NCBI GenBank assembly: GCA_016860985.1
Contig: BOKM01000001.1
Coordinates: 719,462-783,461 of the forward strand
Direction of reading: 5' to 3'
Source: Patescibacteria group bacterium
Lineage (GTDB): Bacteria > Patescibacteriota > Dojkabacteria > GCA-002793355
DNA: 64,000 bases
Below are positions 29,736 through 38,824 of the stretch, piece after piece. Made by a program: the position numbers and the translations under genes. The notes beneath the pieces were generated by a model. That model saw nothing but the letters and a program-made list of their open reading frames with translations. It ran no database searches and was not told the origin of the DNA. Numbering within the stretch: position 1 is the first letter of the stretch; every line of letters begins with the position of its first letter.

Positions 29736-30473
29736 CTACAGTTTTTTAAGTACTTCAGTTTCTACATTGTAGATAAACATATCTTTGCCAAGCTCTTGCA
29801 TCTCTTCTGCTTCCCATTCGTTGTGGAGAAAAATGCTCGCACCACTTGGAACCTGCATTGCTCCGGTAACTAATTGTAGAAAAACTGTTGTAATGTCAGT
29901 TGTTTTCATGAACTCGTCTCGTTCGGCAACTGCCTCTGGGCCAACCGCTTCAATGATTGGAGTGTCGACACCACTTGGGTGAAGGTTATATACGGTAATT
30001 TCAGGATTCTCCGTCGCAAATGACTTCATATGAAGCCAAAGTGCTGCTTTTGGCGCTCCGTAAAGTCCATACCTCGGCCATCCTATATGTGTAGAATCTG
30101 TGAGAGTAGAAATAACCATTCCTCCATTAAGTTTTTGAGATAGGTGACATACGAGCTCCATAGGTCTTGCGTAATGTACGGAAAAAATCTGCTGATAATT
30201 CGCTTCATCCCACACATTCGCATCTTGCATAATAACCATACCTGCATTGTTTACGAGTAAATCAATATGCGCTTCTCCAACTGCATTGGTAAGTAATCTT
30301 TTGTCCAGAGGTTTAGAAAGGTCGATTAACAATTGCCTAAAGTTCTTGTGTGCAACCAGTTCTTTATTTTCTCGACGAGAAATGCCGTAAACTTTCCATC
30401 CGAGCTCGAGAAGTTGTCGGGCGAAGTCTTCTCCGATGCCGGAACTAGTACCTGTAATAATTGCAGTCTTCAT
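29736..30473 (-). CDS. Short-chain dehydrogenase/reductase
   Basis: ITGTSSGIG, LVNNAG, YGAPK. Confidence 0.92.
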   Translation of the reverse strand: MKTAIITGTSSGIGEDFARQLLELGWKVYGISRRENKELVAHKNFRQLLIDLSKPLDKRLLTNAVGEAHIDLLVNNAGMVIMQDANVWDEANYQQIFSVHYARPMELVCHLSQKLNGGMVISTLTDSTHIGWPRYGLYGAPKAALWLHMKSFATENPEITVYNLHPSGVDTPIIEAVGPEAVAERDEFMKTTDITTVFLQLVTGAMQVPSGASIFLHNEWEAEEMQELGKDMFIYNVETEVLKKL

Positions 30474-30485
30474 AGAGGAGTATAC

Positions 30486-30514
30486 CGCGGATTTTTGCTA
30501 AGCAAAAATCCGCG
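30486..30514. repeat. Perfect 14-bp inverted repeat
   Basis: CGCGGATTTTTGCT-A-AGCAAAAATCCGCG. Confidence 0.9.
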
Positions 30515-30532
30515 ATACAACAACCTGACAAT

Positions 30533-32314
30533 CTAAAGATCAATTGCCTTAGTGGCAATCTTCTCTTTGATTCGACTAATAGCGTCTTCAAGCGCTAAAC
30601 CATTGAGGTTCTCTCCTGTTCGAAGTCGTACACTAACCGTATTATTGGCAACTTCTTGCTTTCCAAGAATAAGCATGTACGGAATTTTTTGCTGCTGAGA
30701 AACCAGAATTCGTTTACCAAGTGTATTGTTATCCTCGTCAATTGATAATCTTACGCCGGGGATTGCCTCTTTAATTGCAGTGGCAACTTGTGCTGCATAT
30801 GCCTTTTGGTCTTCTCCTATTGGGATAATTACCACCTGTTCTGGGTGTAGCCAGACGGGGAAGTTGCCTGCATAGTGTTCAATTAAGAAAGCCATGACAC
30901 GTTCAATCGCGCCAATTGAGGATCGGTGGATAACGATTGCTTCTTTTTCTTGTCCATCTTCTGCGATGTAGTTCAGCTTAAATCGCTTTGGCATAACAAA
31001 GTCGTATTGCACTGTAAATGCCGTGTCTTCTTTGCCCAGTACATTCTTCATCTGCACGTCAATTTTTGGTCCGTAGAAAGCAGCTTCGTGTTCAGCTTCG
31101 TAGTACTCTGCGTGTCGTTCGTCTAACACTTCACGTAAGACGTTTTCAGCAAAATCCCATGCTGTGTCATCTTTGAAGTATTTCTTTTCGTCTGCACGAT
31201 CACCGAGTGAGAGCCTAAATCGGAAATTCTTTCCAGGTTCAAGCCCGAATGTCTTTGCGATGTCTTCGATTAGGTCAAGTACTTCAGAAATCATCTGCTT
31301 CGCTTGGTCAGGTTTGGCCACGATGTGTGCGTCTGCAAGACAAAAAGTTCTCACACGCATCAACCCAGAAAGTTCGCCCGATTTTTCGTAGCGATACAAC
31401 TGTGCAAGCTCAGCAATTCTCATTGGAAGTTCTCTGTAGCTTCGCTGTTTGCTCAAATACAACTCAAAATGATGTGGGCACGTCATGGGGCGAAGCATAA
31501 AGCGTTCTCCTTCATCTTCGATTGGTGCATACATACTTTCCTTGTAGTAAGGGTAATGCCCCGACTTCTCATACAACTGAATGCGAGCAATATCTGGAGT
31601 ATTAACATGAAGATAACCCCTTCTTATCTCTTCATCTACGATGTATCGTTCCAATTCACGTCGAACTGTTGCTCCACGTGGCGTCCAGAGTGGGAGACCT
31701 TTTCCAACGACTTCTGAGAATACAAAAAGGTCCAAATCTTTGCCGAGTTTTCGGTGATCTCTCATTTTTGCCTCCTCTAATCGCTTCAGGTAATCATCAA
31801 GTTCCTCTTGAGATTTAAACGAAACACCGTAAATACGTGTAAGCATTTCATTCTTTTCGTCGGCTCTCCAGTACGCACCGCCAATTGAAAGAAGTTTAAA
31901 GGCTTTTATTTCGCCCGTACTTTCGACATGTGGTCCTTTGCATAAGTCGACGTACTCGTCGCCAGTCCAATAAACTGTTACTTCTTTATCTGCTTGCGCA
32001 ATTTCTTCGAGCCATTCAAGTTTAAAGGGGTTATCTTTGAACAGTTCTTTAGCTTTTTCGTAAGTCACTACCTCTTTGCGGATTGGAAGATTTCGCTCAA
32101 TAATTTTCTTCATCTCTTTTTCAATTTTTTCGAGATCTTCAATAACTGGGGCCGTGTCCCAATGTGCATCGTTTGCGAAGCCATCTTCATCGATATGTGC
32201 GACGGCAAGCTTAATTTTGCCTGGGTAAAGTTTGGTTATGGCGTGGGCAAGTACGTGTTCACTGGAGTGCCAGAGTTTGTAGTGATACGAGTCTTCGAAT
32301 TTTTCTTGTTTCAT
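30533..32314 (-). CDS. thrS: Threonine--tRNA ligase
   Basis: DLCKGPHV, RDHRKLG, RPMTCPHH, YRYE, DAH, FYGPKID, IHRS, GAIER. Confidence 0.98.
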   Translation of the reverse strand: MKQEKFEDSYHYKLWHSSEHVLAHAITKLYPGKIKLAVAHIDEDGFANDAHWDTAPVIEDLEKIEKEMKKIIERNLPIRKEVVTYEKAKELFKDNPFKLEWLEEIAQADKEVTVYWTGDEYVDLCKGPHVESTGEIKAFKLLSIGGAYWRADEKNEMLTRIYGVSFKSQEELDDYLKRLEEAKMRDHRKLGKDLDLFVFSEVVGKGLPLWTPRGATVRRELERYIVDEEIRRGYLHVNTPDIARIQLYEKSGHYPYYKESMYAPIEDEGERFMLRPMTCPHHFELYLSKQRSYRELPMRIAELAQLYRYEKSGELSGLMRVRTFCLADAHIVAKPDQAKQMISEVLDLIEDIAKTFGLEPGKNFRFRLSLGDRADEKKYFKDDTAWDFAENVLREVLDERHAEYYEAEHEAAFYGPKIDVQMKNVLGKEDTAFTVQYDFVMPKRFKLNYIAEDGQEKEAIVIHRSSIGAIERVMAFLIEHYAGNFPVWLHPEQVVIIPIGEDQKAYAAQVATAIKEAIPGVRLSIDEDNNTLGKRILVSQQQKIPYMLILGKQEVANNTVSVRLRTGENLNGLALEDAISRIKEKIATKAIDL

Positions 32315-32429
32315 ATTGGCTTGTAATAATTAATCAGTTTTCACCATATCTTCTCACACTTTTGCCTTTCTCGTAAGGTAGTGGAGTAACCCTAGAAATT
32401 TTTGTTGAAAATTTGCAACGATAAAAAGA

Positions 32430-32483
32430 TTAACCCCGAAGGGTAGTGAACACGGTTGAAAATGTGACCCATGTTTGTTGCAT
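32430..32483 (-). CDS. Putative Thr-rich thrS leader peptide MQQTWVTFSTVFTTLRG
   Basis: ATG 5 nt after TATAAT; 5 of 17 codons are Thr; ends inside a C(UUCG)G hairpin; upstream of thrS. Confidence 0.7.
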   Translation of the reverse strand: MQQTWVTFSTVFTTLRG

Positions 32484-32537
32484 TTGTAATTATACGCGCA
32501 TTCTGTATTTAAAAGCAAGTAAACGGTATAATACACT

Positions 32538-33599
32538 ATGGGGCAATCAGGAAGGGGAGAGTTAGACGACAAAACACTTTCAGTCAACGCTTTTTACGAA
32601 CAAGCAATAGAAAGGCAAGAAGACGGCACCTTGCTCATTATGAATGCGATAGAACCATGGATGAGCAAGCACGATGATATTGATGGGCAAATACTTCATA
32701 ATGCACTCTCTCGTATTACAGGCAAAGATACAACAATAGCCTTTTGGCCAACAGGTGGGAGCGAATCATTTGTTAGTGGAAAACTTCCACAACGAAATGC
32801 TCTGTTTGGGCTGAGTTATCCGTTTATTGTAGGTGCAAACATTAAACAGAACGGAACGAGTATCGGCGTAACGTACAGACATGAGGGGATTGCTGCTTAT
32901 GGTGTTGCTAGAGATCCCCGAAACAAAAGGAAGAGAGCAGAGGTCAAATCTTTACCTCGCTCAGTTATTGAAAGGCAAAGCCGTGGTTGCGAGATTACGG
33001 TTTCAGGAATCCCTGGATTCAGTGAAAACAACCTCCCACTTATTGTTCTTCGTGGCGCAACCAACCCTGAGGAGAATCATAAAGTCGTACTCGAGTCTGT
33101 CGTTGCTACAGAATGCCTAAAGGATATACCTTATGTAATCGAACGGACATACAGCAAAGTTGGTAATACTATGCGGTTGCAAGCCCTTCGCTTCATTCAC
33201 ACAGAGGCATATAAAACAAGCGATTTTAGTGAATATATCTCACTCTCAAACCCTGCGCGCGGCATGGTATTTCGCGGTAAAGAGGTTCAGTCGACAAACG
33301 GTACTATCTTGCTTGCAAAACATAAATCAGTACATGGAGAGTTTCTTGTTCCCATGGATTGTGATGTAGTAATTGCTAATGTAAACGAACAAGAAAACAA
33401 CCTGGCTTTGGAGGTGCGTTTTGAGCAATTTGAATGTCCTTCTCATACTCAAAATTTTAGTATTCCACTCTCTATTAGTCTTGAGTCTGCGCTGGTTCGG
33501 ACCTTTGCAGAATACGATCTTTGGAAGAATAAAGGGGTAGAGGGGTTGGCAACTTCAGTTTCTCAGATGTGGTCTGCTGTAGAGCTTGTTGCGCCATAG
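32538..33599 (+). CDS. Hypothetical protein
   Basis: 353 aa ORF, TATAAT 5 nt before ATG; no recognisable motif. Confidence 0.7.
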   Translation: MGQSGRGELDDKTLSVNAFYEQAIERQEDGTLLIMNAIEPWMSKHDDIDGQILHNALSRITGKDTTIAFWPTGGSESFVSGKLPQRNALFGLSYPFIVGANIKQNGTSIGVTYRHEGIAAYGVARDPRNKRKRAEVKSLPRSVIERQSRGCEITVSGIPGFSENNLPLIVLRGATNPEENHKVVLESVVATECLKDIPYVIERTYSKVGNTMRLQALRFIHTEAYKTSDFSEYISLSNPARGMVFRGKEVQSTNGTILLAKHKSVHGEFLVPMDCDVVIANVNEQENNLALEVRFEQFECPSHTQNFSIPLSISLESALVRTFAEYDLWKNKGVEGLATSVSQMWSAVELVAP

Positions 33600-33638
33600 A
33601 ATTGTTGTGTGTAGTGTCACTTCCAGCTATACTGGCGC

Positions 33639-34577
33639 ATGTCTGTTTTGTTTGAACTTCTTTTAATATTGGGCGGTATAGCAATTATGCTATACGGTGC
33701 AAATCTACTTGTTGGAAAAGCAGCCAAATTTGGAAGAGCAAAAAATTGGCCACCCGTGTTGGTAGGTATTACTGTTCTTGCCATGGGAACGTCTCTTCCT
33801 GAGCTTATTGTGAGTGTGCTTGCTGCCATTCAAGGGCACCCGTTGCTTGCTGCCGGAAATATCATTGGTAGTAACATTACAAATATTGGGTTAATCGTTG
33901 GTTTAGCAGCCACCTTGGGCGAAATCAAGTTGAGTAAAAAAACCGTAAATTACGATATCCCATTGAGTATTGCCCCTCTTGGGGTACTGGTGTTCGGCTT
34001 TATTCTCAAATCGACTCTAACAAGTTACTTTGGAATACTGCTTATTCTTGCGTACTTTGCATACGTAGGGATTACTGCAAAAGAATATGAAAGGCAAGAA
34101 CAAACAGCAGTAAAACGCCCACGCTTTACCATCCTCGATTTCGGTATTTTGCTTGCAGGACTTGCCATGTTACTTTCAGGTGGAGAACTCACGCTCCACT
34201 ATTCCGAGATATTCTTTACAAGGATTGGAGTATCAGAAACAGTTGTTGGGGCAGTACTTCTTGCTTTTGGAACATCCTTTCCTGAACTTGTGGCAACACT
34301 TACTGGGGTAGTCAAAAAAAATCCACAGATTGCGATTGGTAACATCTTGGGGTCAAACGTGTTTAATTCACTTTTCGTGCTTGGGTCTACCGCACTTTTT
34401 GCTCCTGTGCAGGTGAATAAGCTTCTCCCTGAAATTATATTTCTTGGCTTGATGTCTGGTTTATTCGTGCTTGCTGCAAAATTGGGGAGAAAGCATATAC
34501 TCTCAAAGAGTGAGGGGATAGCCCTCTTTTTTGCCTACATCGTTTATGTCTGCATTATGACTTTAATTATTAACTAA
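33639..34577 (+). CDS. Calcium/sodium antiporter (YrbG-like)
   Basis: Two alpha repeats, GTSLPE/GSNI and GTSFPE/GSNV. Confidence 0.94.
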   Translation: MSVLFELLLILGGIAIMLYGANLLVGKAAKFGRAKNWPPVLVGITVLAMGTSLPELIVSVLAAIQGHPLLAAGNIIGSNITNIGLIVGLAATLGEIKLSKKTVNYDIPLSIAPLGVLVFGFILKSTLTSYFGILLILAYFAYVGITAKEYERQEQTAVKRPRFTILDFGILLAGLAMLLSGGELTLHYSEIFFTRIGVSETVVGAVLLAFGTSFPELVATLTGVVKKNPQIAIGNILGSNVFNSLFVLGSTALFAPVQVNKLLPEIIFLGLMSGLFVLAAKLGRKHILSKSEGIALFFAYIVYVCIMTLIIN

Positions 34578-34584
34578 ACACGCA

Positions 34585-35148
34585 ATGGAAACGATTCAAC
34601 TTCTTTTGGGATTACTACTTGTGCTACTGGTGAGTGCTTTTTTTCTTCGCTCTTTTCTTCAACGGTTTCTTACGTATTTTGCATACATCCTCCTTGCAAT
34701 TGGAGGTGTCGGTGCCATACTCGGAGTATTTGCCACAAGACCTTTTGAGGCAATGGCATACCGAACACTACAAAAAAATGGCACGATAGAAACGATAAAA
34801 ACAATTGATTCGTATCTGAAGTTAGAAAGTGCAGTTGTGCCTGTTACGAATCTTGTTGAAAACATTAAAAATTGGTGGAACAAAACACCGTCTGCCGAAG
34901 TTGAAGATGTCGAAAAGATTGATGCTGCTAACGCTCCGCTGCTTGAGAAGAATCTTGTACCCGGATTAGTTACATCACTCATGAGTATTTATAAAAGTGT
35001 CACGCTTGTTTTGTCATTCGCACTTTTAGTCCTTGCCGTGTATTTGAATTACTTAAATGCTTCGGCTTCTGAAATCGCCGCACTTACCCGTAAGTATCAA
35101 CAACTGGAAGCAAAAATTTCTCAGTATGAAAAAGAAGGTCCAAAATAA
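34585..35148 (+). CDS. Hypothetical membrane protein
   Basis: Three TM plus coiled-coil tail. Confidence 0.7.
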   Translation: METIQLLLGLLLVLLVSAFFLRSFLQRFLTYFAYILLAIGGVGAILGVFATRPFEAMAYRTLQKNGTIETIKTIDSYLKLESAVVPVTNLVENIKNWWNKTPSAEVEDVEKIDAANAPLLEKNLVPGLVTSLMSIYKSVTLVLSFALLVLAVYLNYLNASASEIAALTRKYQQLEAKISQYEKEGPK

Positions 35149-35560
35149 GCAAAATATACCAATTGTTGCGGGAATCCCTGCAGGATTCCCGCTTCCTGCC
35201 TCATCGTTTTCTGAGTCATTAATGAATTTAAACGACTTGGTTGTTGAACATCCTGCAGCAACATATTTTATTCAAGTACAGGGGAGTTCAATGACAGGCG
35301 CCGGTATTAGCAGCGGGGATATTCTCGTTGTTGATCGGTCGCTGGAGTTTCGCAACAATGATATCGTTGTTGCAGTTCTTGATGGCGAATTTACCGTCAA
35401 GAGAGTTGGCTCACAAGGAGGAAAATCGTTTTTGATTGCCGAAAACAAGGAGTACAATCCTATCGAACTGCGTGAAGGAATGTCAGTACAGGTATGGGGC
35501 GTTGTTACCTTTGTGATTCACCGCGTTTCTGGCGCGAAACCTCTTGTCCGTAAAGAATAG
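35126..35560 (+). CDS. umuD: Translesion polymerase V subunit UmuD (S24)
   Basis: AGFP cleavage site, VQGSSM, GDILVVDRS, FTVKR, VWGVV; start ATG 35126. Confidence 0.93.
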   Translation: MKKKVQNKQNIPIVAGIPAGFPLPASSFSESLMNLNDLVVEHPAATYFIQVQGSSMTGAGISSGDILVVDRSLEFRNNDIVVAVLDGEFTVKRVGSQGGKSFLIAENKEYNPIELREGMSVQVWGVVTFVIHRVSGAKPLVRKE

Positions 35561-36722
35561 TAAAGATACCCATTCCAAGCAATAAGAATACTCCGAACAT
35601 AGATGCAAACGTATTTACCGAGGTCGCATCGATTATACGTCCACCAAAAAATACAACGAGAGTATAGGGGAGTGTGTAGAGCAGAGAAAAGGTTGAGAGC
35701 GCTGTAGCGCGGTTTTTTGAGGAAATTTCGTTATTCAGGAGTACGCTTCTAATATTTGCAAAGGTCGACGAAGAACTGATACGTCCCATAATGAGGGTCA
35801 TTCCGACAATTGGAGAAACAAACATTGCAGCAAGGTACGAGAGTAACATGAAACACCCTGCGGTTAAAGCAATACCAATATGAGAAAACTTATTTTGAAG
35901 CTTAGCAAAAAACTGAGCAAGTACTGCAGAAACAATGTAACCTCCGGTGAATAATAAACTGACCTGTGTCGCAGATAAATTGAACCCTTTTCCTTGAGAA
36001 ACTCCAAGAAATTCTGATGCGGTGTAATATCCCAATGTTCCGACCAAAAGCAGTAAAACCATGTATGCGATTCGACGTGTTTTAAATAGCTCGTGAAAGC
36101 CCGACATTGTTTGCTGTAGATACTGTTTGAAAGTAAAGCCTTTTTCGGTATCAACCGAGGGTTCGCGGAGTGCAAACAGAATAAGTAGAAGTGAGAGAAA
36201 ATAGAAGCCTGCCAGAAGTAAATAGGGGAGCCGATATGAATAGTCATATAACGCGCCTCCTGCAATGCCAGCGATTATGTAGGCAACCCAAGAGAGTGAC
36301 GTAATTTTTGCATTGACTACTCCATATTCTTTTTCCCTTCCGGCTCCTGCAAGCGAGTCGTAGGTTAAAGCTTCAAACGTACCCGAAGAGAGGGACTTAG
36401 CAATACCTTTAAGAAACTCGAGAACGAAAAATATCCAAAAATGTGTAAAGAATGGAGTAAGCGCAAGGCTAATCGTATAAAGCAGGTAACTTATCGCAAG
36501 CGTTTTCTTTTTTCCGAGAAGGTCGGCAATAGCTCCGGTTGGGATTTCGAATACAAGTTGCACAACTTGCTGCATTACCACTAATGTTGTAATTTCAGAG
36601 AAGGTAAGATATCGAGTGTAGAAAAATAGCCACACTGCCATGGTTAGGTAACACTCACCAAGAAAGGTTATAAGATAAATCCACTTGATATTGGTGGCCG
36701 AGTTTCCGTTTGTCGATTGCAT
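35505..36722 (-). CDS. MFS transporter
   Basis: FEIPTGAIADLLGKK, SGTFEALTYDSL, NRATALS; 12 TM. Confidence 0.92.
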   Translation of the reverse strand: MQSTNGNSATNIKWIYLITFLGECYLTMAVWLFFYTRYLTFSEITTLVVMQQVVQLVFEIPTGAIADLLGKKKTLAISYLLYTISLALTPFFTHFWIFFVLEFLKGIAKSLSSGTFEALTYDSLAGAGREKEYGVVNAKITSLSWVAYIIAGIAGGALYDYSYRLPYLLLAGFYFLSLLLILFALREPSVDTEKGFTFKQYLQQTMSGFHELFKTRRIAYMVLLLLVGTLGYYTASEFLGVSQGKGFNLSATQVSLLFTGGYIVSAVLAQFFAKLQNKFSHIGIALTAGCFMLLSYLAAMFVSPIVGMTLIMGRISSSSTFANIRSVLLNNEISSKNRATALSTFSLLYTLPYTLVVFFGGRIIDATSVNTFASMFGVFLLLGMGIFTILYGQEVSRQKRGESQR

Positions 36723-36759
36723 AAAGTATTTTACTCTACTTTCACAGTATAATCAGGTA

Positions 36760-37944
36760 ATGTATGCGGTTTTTGATGCAAACAACTTTTACGTGTCGTG
36801 TGAACGGGTGGTTCAACCATACTTGCAGAAAGTTCCCCTTGTCGTGGCGAATCCAGGAGGAATTGTTTTAGCGCGATCTAACGAAGCAAAGGCACTTGGT
36901 GTCAAAATGGCGGAACCACTTTTCAAAATTCAGGAGTTAGTAAAAGAAAAGGGAATTCATGTAGCGGAAACTCGTTTTGCGCTTTATACTGACCTCTCAA
37001 ATCGGATTGCATCGATACTTCACCTACATTTTTCTGAAGTAGAAGAGTACTCGATTGATGAAAGCTTCGTTCATTTTTCTTCTGTCTTTTCGGATGAAAA
37101 ATTAGAGTCAATTTGCCGTATGGTGAGAAAGCAAATATTAGATTGGGTCGGGGTTCCGGTATCTGTTGGCATTGCCCCAACTAAAACACTCGCAAAAGTG
37201 GCAGTTAAGCTCGCCAAAAAAGATGAATCTGGGGTAAAAGTTCTGTCAAACAAATCTGACATCGAAAATCAATTAAAAGCGTTACCCGTTGGGGATGTTT
37301 GGGGAATAGGAAGAGCGTTGAGTAAAAAATTGCCGGTGTATAACATTACAACCGCAGCGCACCTTGCTGCGCAAGACCCACTCCAAATTCGAAAGCAATT
37401 TTCTGTGACGTTGGCTTATACGATAAATGAACTTAATTGCCTGCCGTGTTTTACCCAGACCGTGTCACCAAAACCAGCCCAATCCCTTATGTGCACAGAG
37501 TCTTATCACGCCGAGATTACAGAGGTAGAAAATATAAGAGAAAAACTAAAGCACCTTGCAGAGAGAGCGGGTAGGCAACTACGTAAGCAAAAAGAAGTAG
37601 CGGGTGTCATGGGAATCTTTACGCGAGGAAATCGTTTTCACAAAGAGCGTGGGTACTTGGCCCTTCAGGCGATTACAACCTTTGCCCCGGCTTCTGCGGA
37701 TACTTCTGATTTTCTTGGATTTATCGACGAATCGATTGATAAGGTTTTTCCTTATGGTGCTCGTGTTAAGCGCGCGGGCGTATTCTTTTATAACCTTATC
37801 CCCGAAAAAGAAAGGCAAATGGGGCTTTTTGAAGCAGAAAACTCAATGAATCGTCAAAAAAGAGAACGTGCTCAAGCCGTTATTGATGAGATTGAAAAAA
37901 AGTGGGGTAAGAAACCAGCACCATTTCTAACCATTACAGTGTAG
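36760..37944 (+). CDS. umuC: Y-family DNA polymerase UmuC
   Basis: DANNFYVSCER, ARSNEAK, YSIDE, GIAPTKTLAK, DVWGIGR; start ATG 36760. Confidence 0.94.
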   Translation: MYAVFDANNFYVSCERVVQPYLQKVPLVVANPGGIVLARSNEAKALGVKMAEPLFKIQELVKEKGIHVAETRFALYTDLSNRIASILHLHFSEVEEYSIDESFVHFSSVFSDEKLESICRMVRKQILDWVGVPVSVGIAPTKTLAKVAVKLAKKDESGVKVLSNKSDIENQLKALPVGDVWGIGRALSKKLPVYNITTAAHLAAQDPLQIRKQFSVTLAYTINELNCLPCFTQTVSPKPAQSLMCTESYHAEITEVENIREKLKHLAERAGRQLRKQKEVAGVMGIFTRGNRFHKERGYLALQAITTFAPASADTSDFLGFIDESIDKVFPYGARVKRAGVFFYNLIPEKERQMGLFEAENSMNRQKRERAQAVIDEIEKKWGKKPAPFLTITV

Positions 37945-37981
37945 TATTTCGAAAAATTGGGCAAAATTGATATAATTCAGC

Positions 37982-38824
37982 ATGGCATTACGACAAGCCG
38001 AAACGGCAGTAGAACAATTTAGGCAGAATATTGGGTTAGTTCCTCAGCTGCAAAATTTTTATGAGTCAGGCTGCGATGAATGGGTCGGTGACGATAAGGA
38101 AAGCGGCGCGATGTATATCGGAAGAACGTATATTGGGTACCTTAAATGCCTCAAGGCCGTTGCAACTCTTTCAAATGCGGACGTAAAAAAAATAATAAAA
38201 ATCGAGCGCTTAATAGACGAAGACGATGCAAAAAGAGCAGCAGATGCAGGGCTAGAAGTTAATAAAGGATCTGCCGCAAAATTCTCTCATGGCGAGGTCC
38301 TTCGAATGCTCAACTCAAAAAAAAGGAACGAGTTGTTTGATCTCGCTCTTGCCGGCGCAGATGCCTCTTCTCCGATTTTTGCTGGTGCGGTACATGAATG
38401 TACTACACGTCTAGTAAAAGGGAGTGAATTAGTAGCGGCAGGTGAAAAACCTGGCGACGATAACCCGCTTTTTGATGCAGCGTATAGTGGTCATACAAGA
38501 GGTATTGCGCCGCGTACGATGGTACATTTTATTATTAGTCACTATCTTACGCGGACATTTCAAGCACGATATGACGGAGATCGAAAACTCGGGGAGCTTG
38601 CGTTTGATAAAGACGCGATGCATGGCTTGTTAAGTGTCGGCATTCGAATTCTGGTTGCTCGTGGGCAGTGTCCCCCTGAAATTGTTGAAATGTGGAATAG
38701 AACGAGAGCAGAGGGTGGATTACAGTGGCACAATGATAAGTATGATCCGAATAACAAACAGGACCCAAAGCAGCACTTTTACAATAAAGCGTTCCTAAAG
38801 AAGAAAAAGGAGGGTAAAAAATGA
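37982..38824 (+). CDS. Hypothetical protein
   Basis: 280 aa ORF; ATGA overlap with mnmA. Confidence 0.75.
   Translation: MALRQAETAVEQFRQNIGLVPQLQNFYESGCDEWVGDDKESGAMYIGRTYIGYLKCLKAVATLSNADVKKIIKIERLIDEDDAKRAADAGLEVNKGSAAKFSHGEVLRMLNSKKRNELFDLALAGADASSPIFAGAVHECTTRLVKGSELVAAGEKPGDDNPLFDAAYSGHTRGIAPRTMVHFIISHYLTRTFQARYDGDRKLGELAFDKDAMHGLLSVGIRILVARGQCPPEIVEMWNRTRAEGGLQWHNDKYDPNNKQDPKQHFYNKAFLKKKKEGKK

Noticed and set aside
32315-32480. T-box riboswitch upstream of thrS
   Set aside because: No UGGNACC T-box motif or AGUA/GA stem I features found; the leader peptide explains the region better
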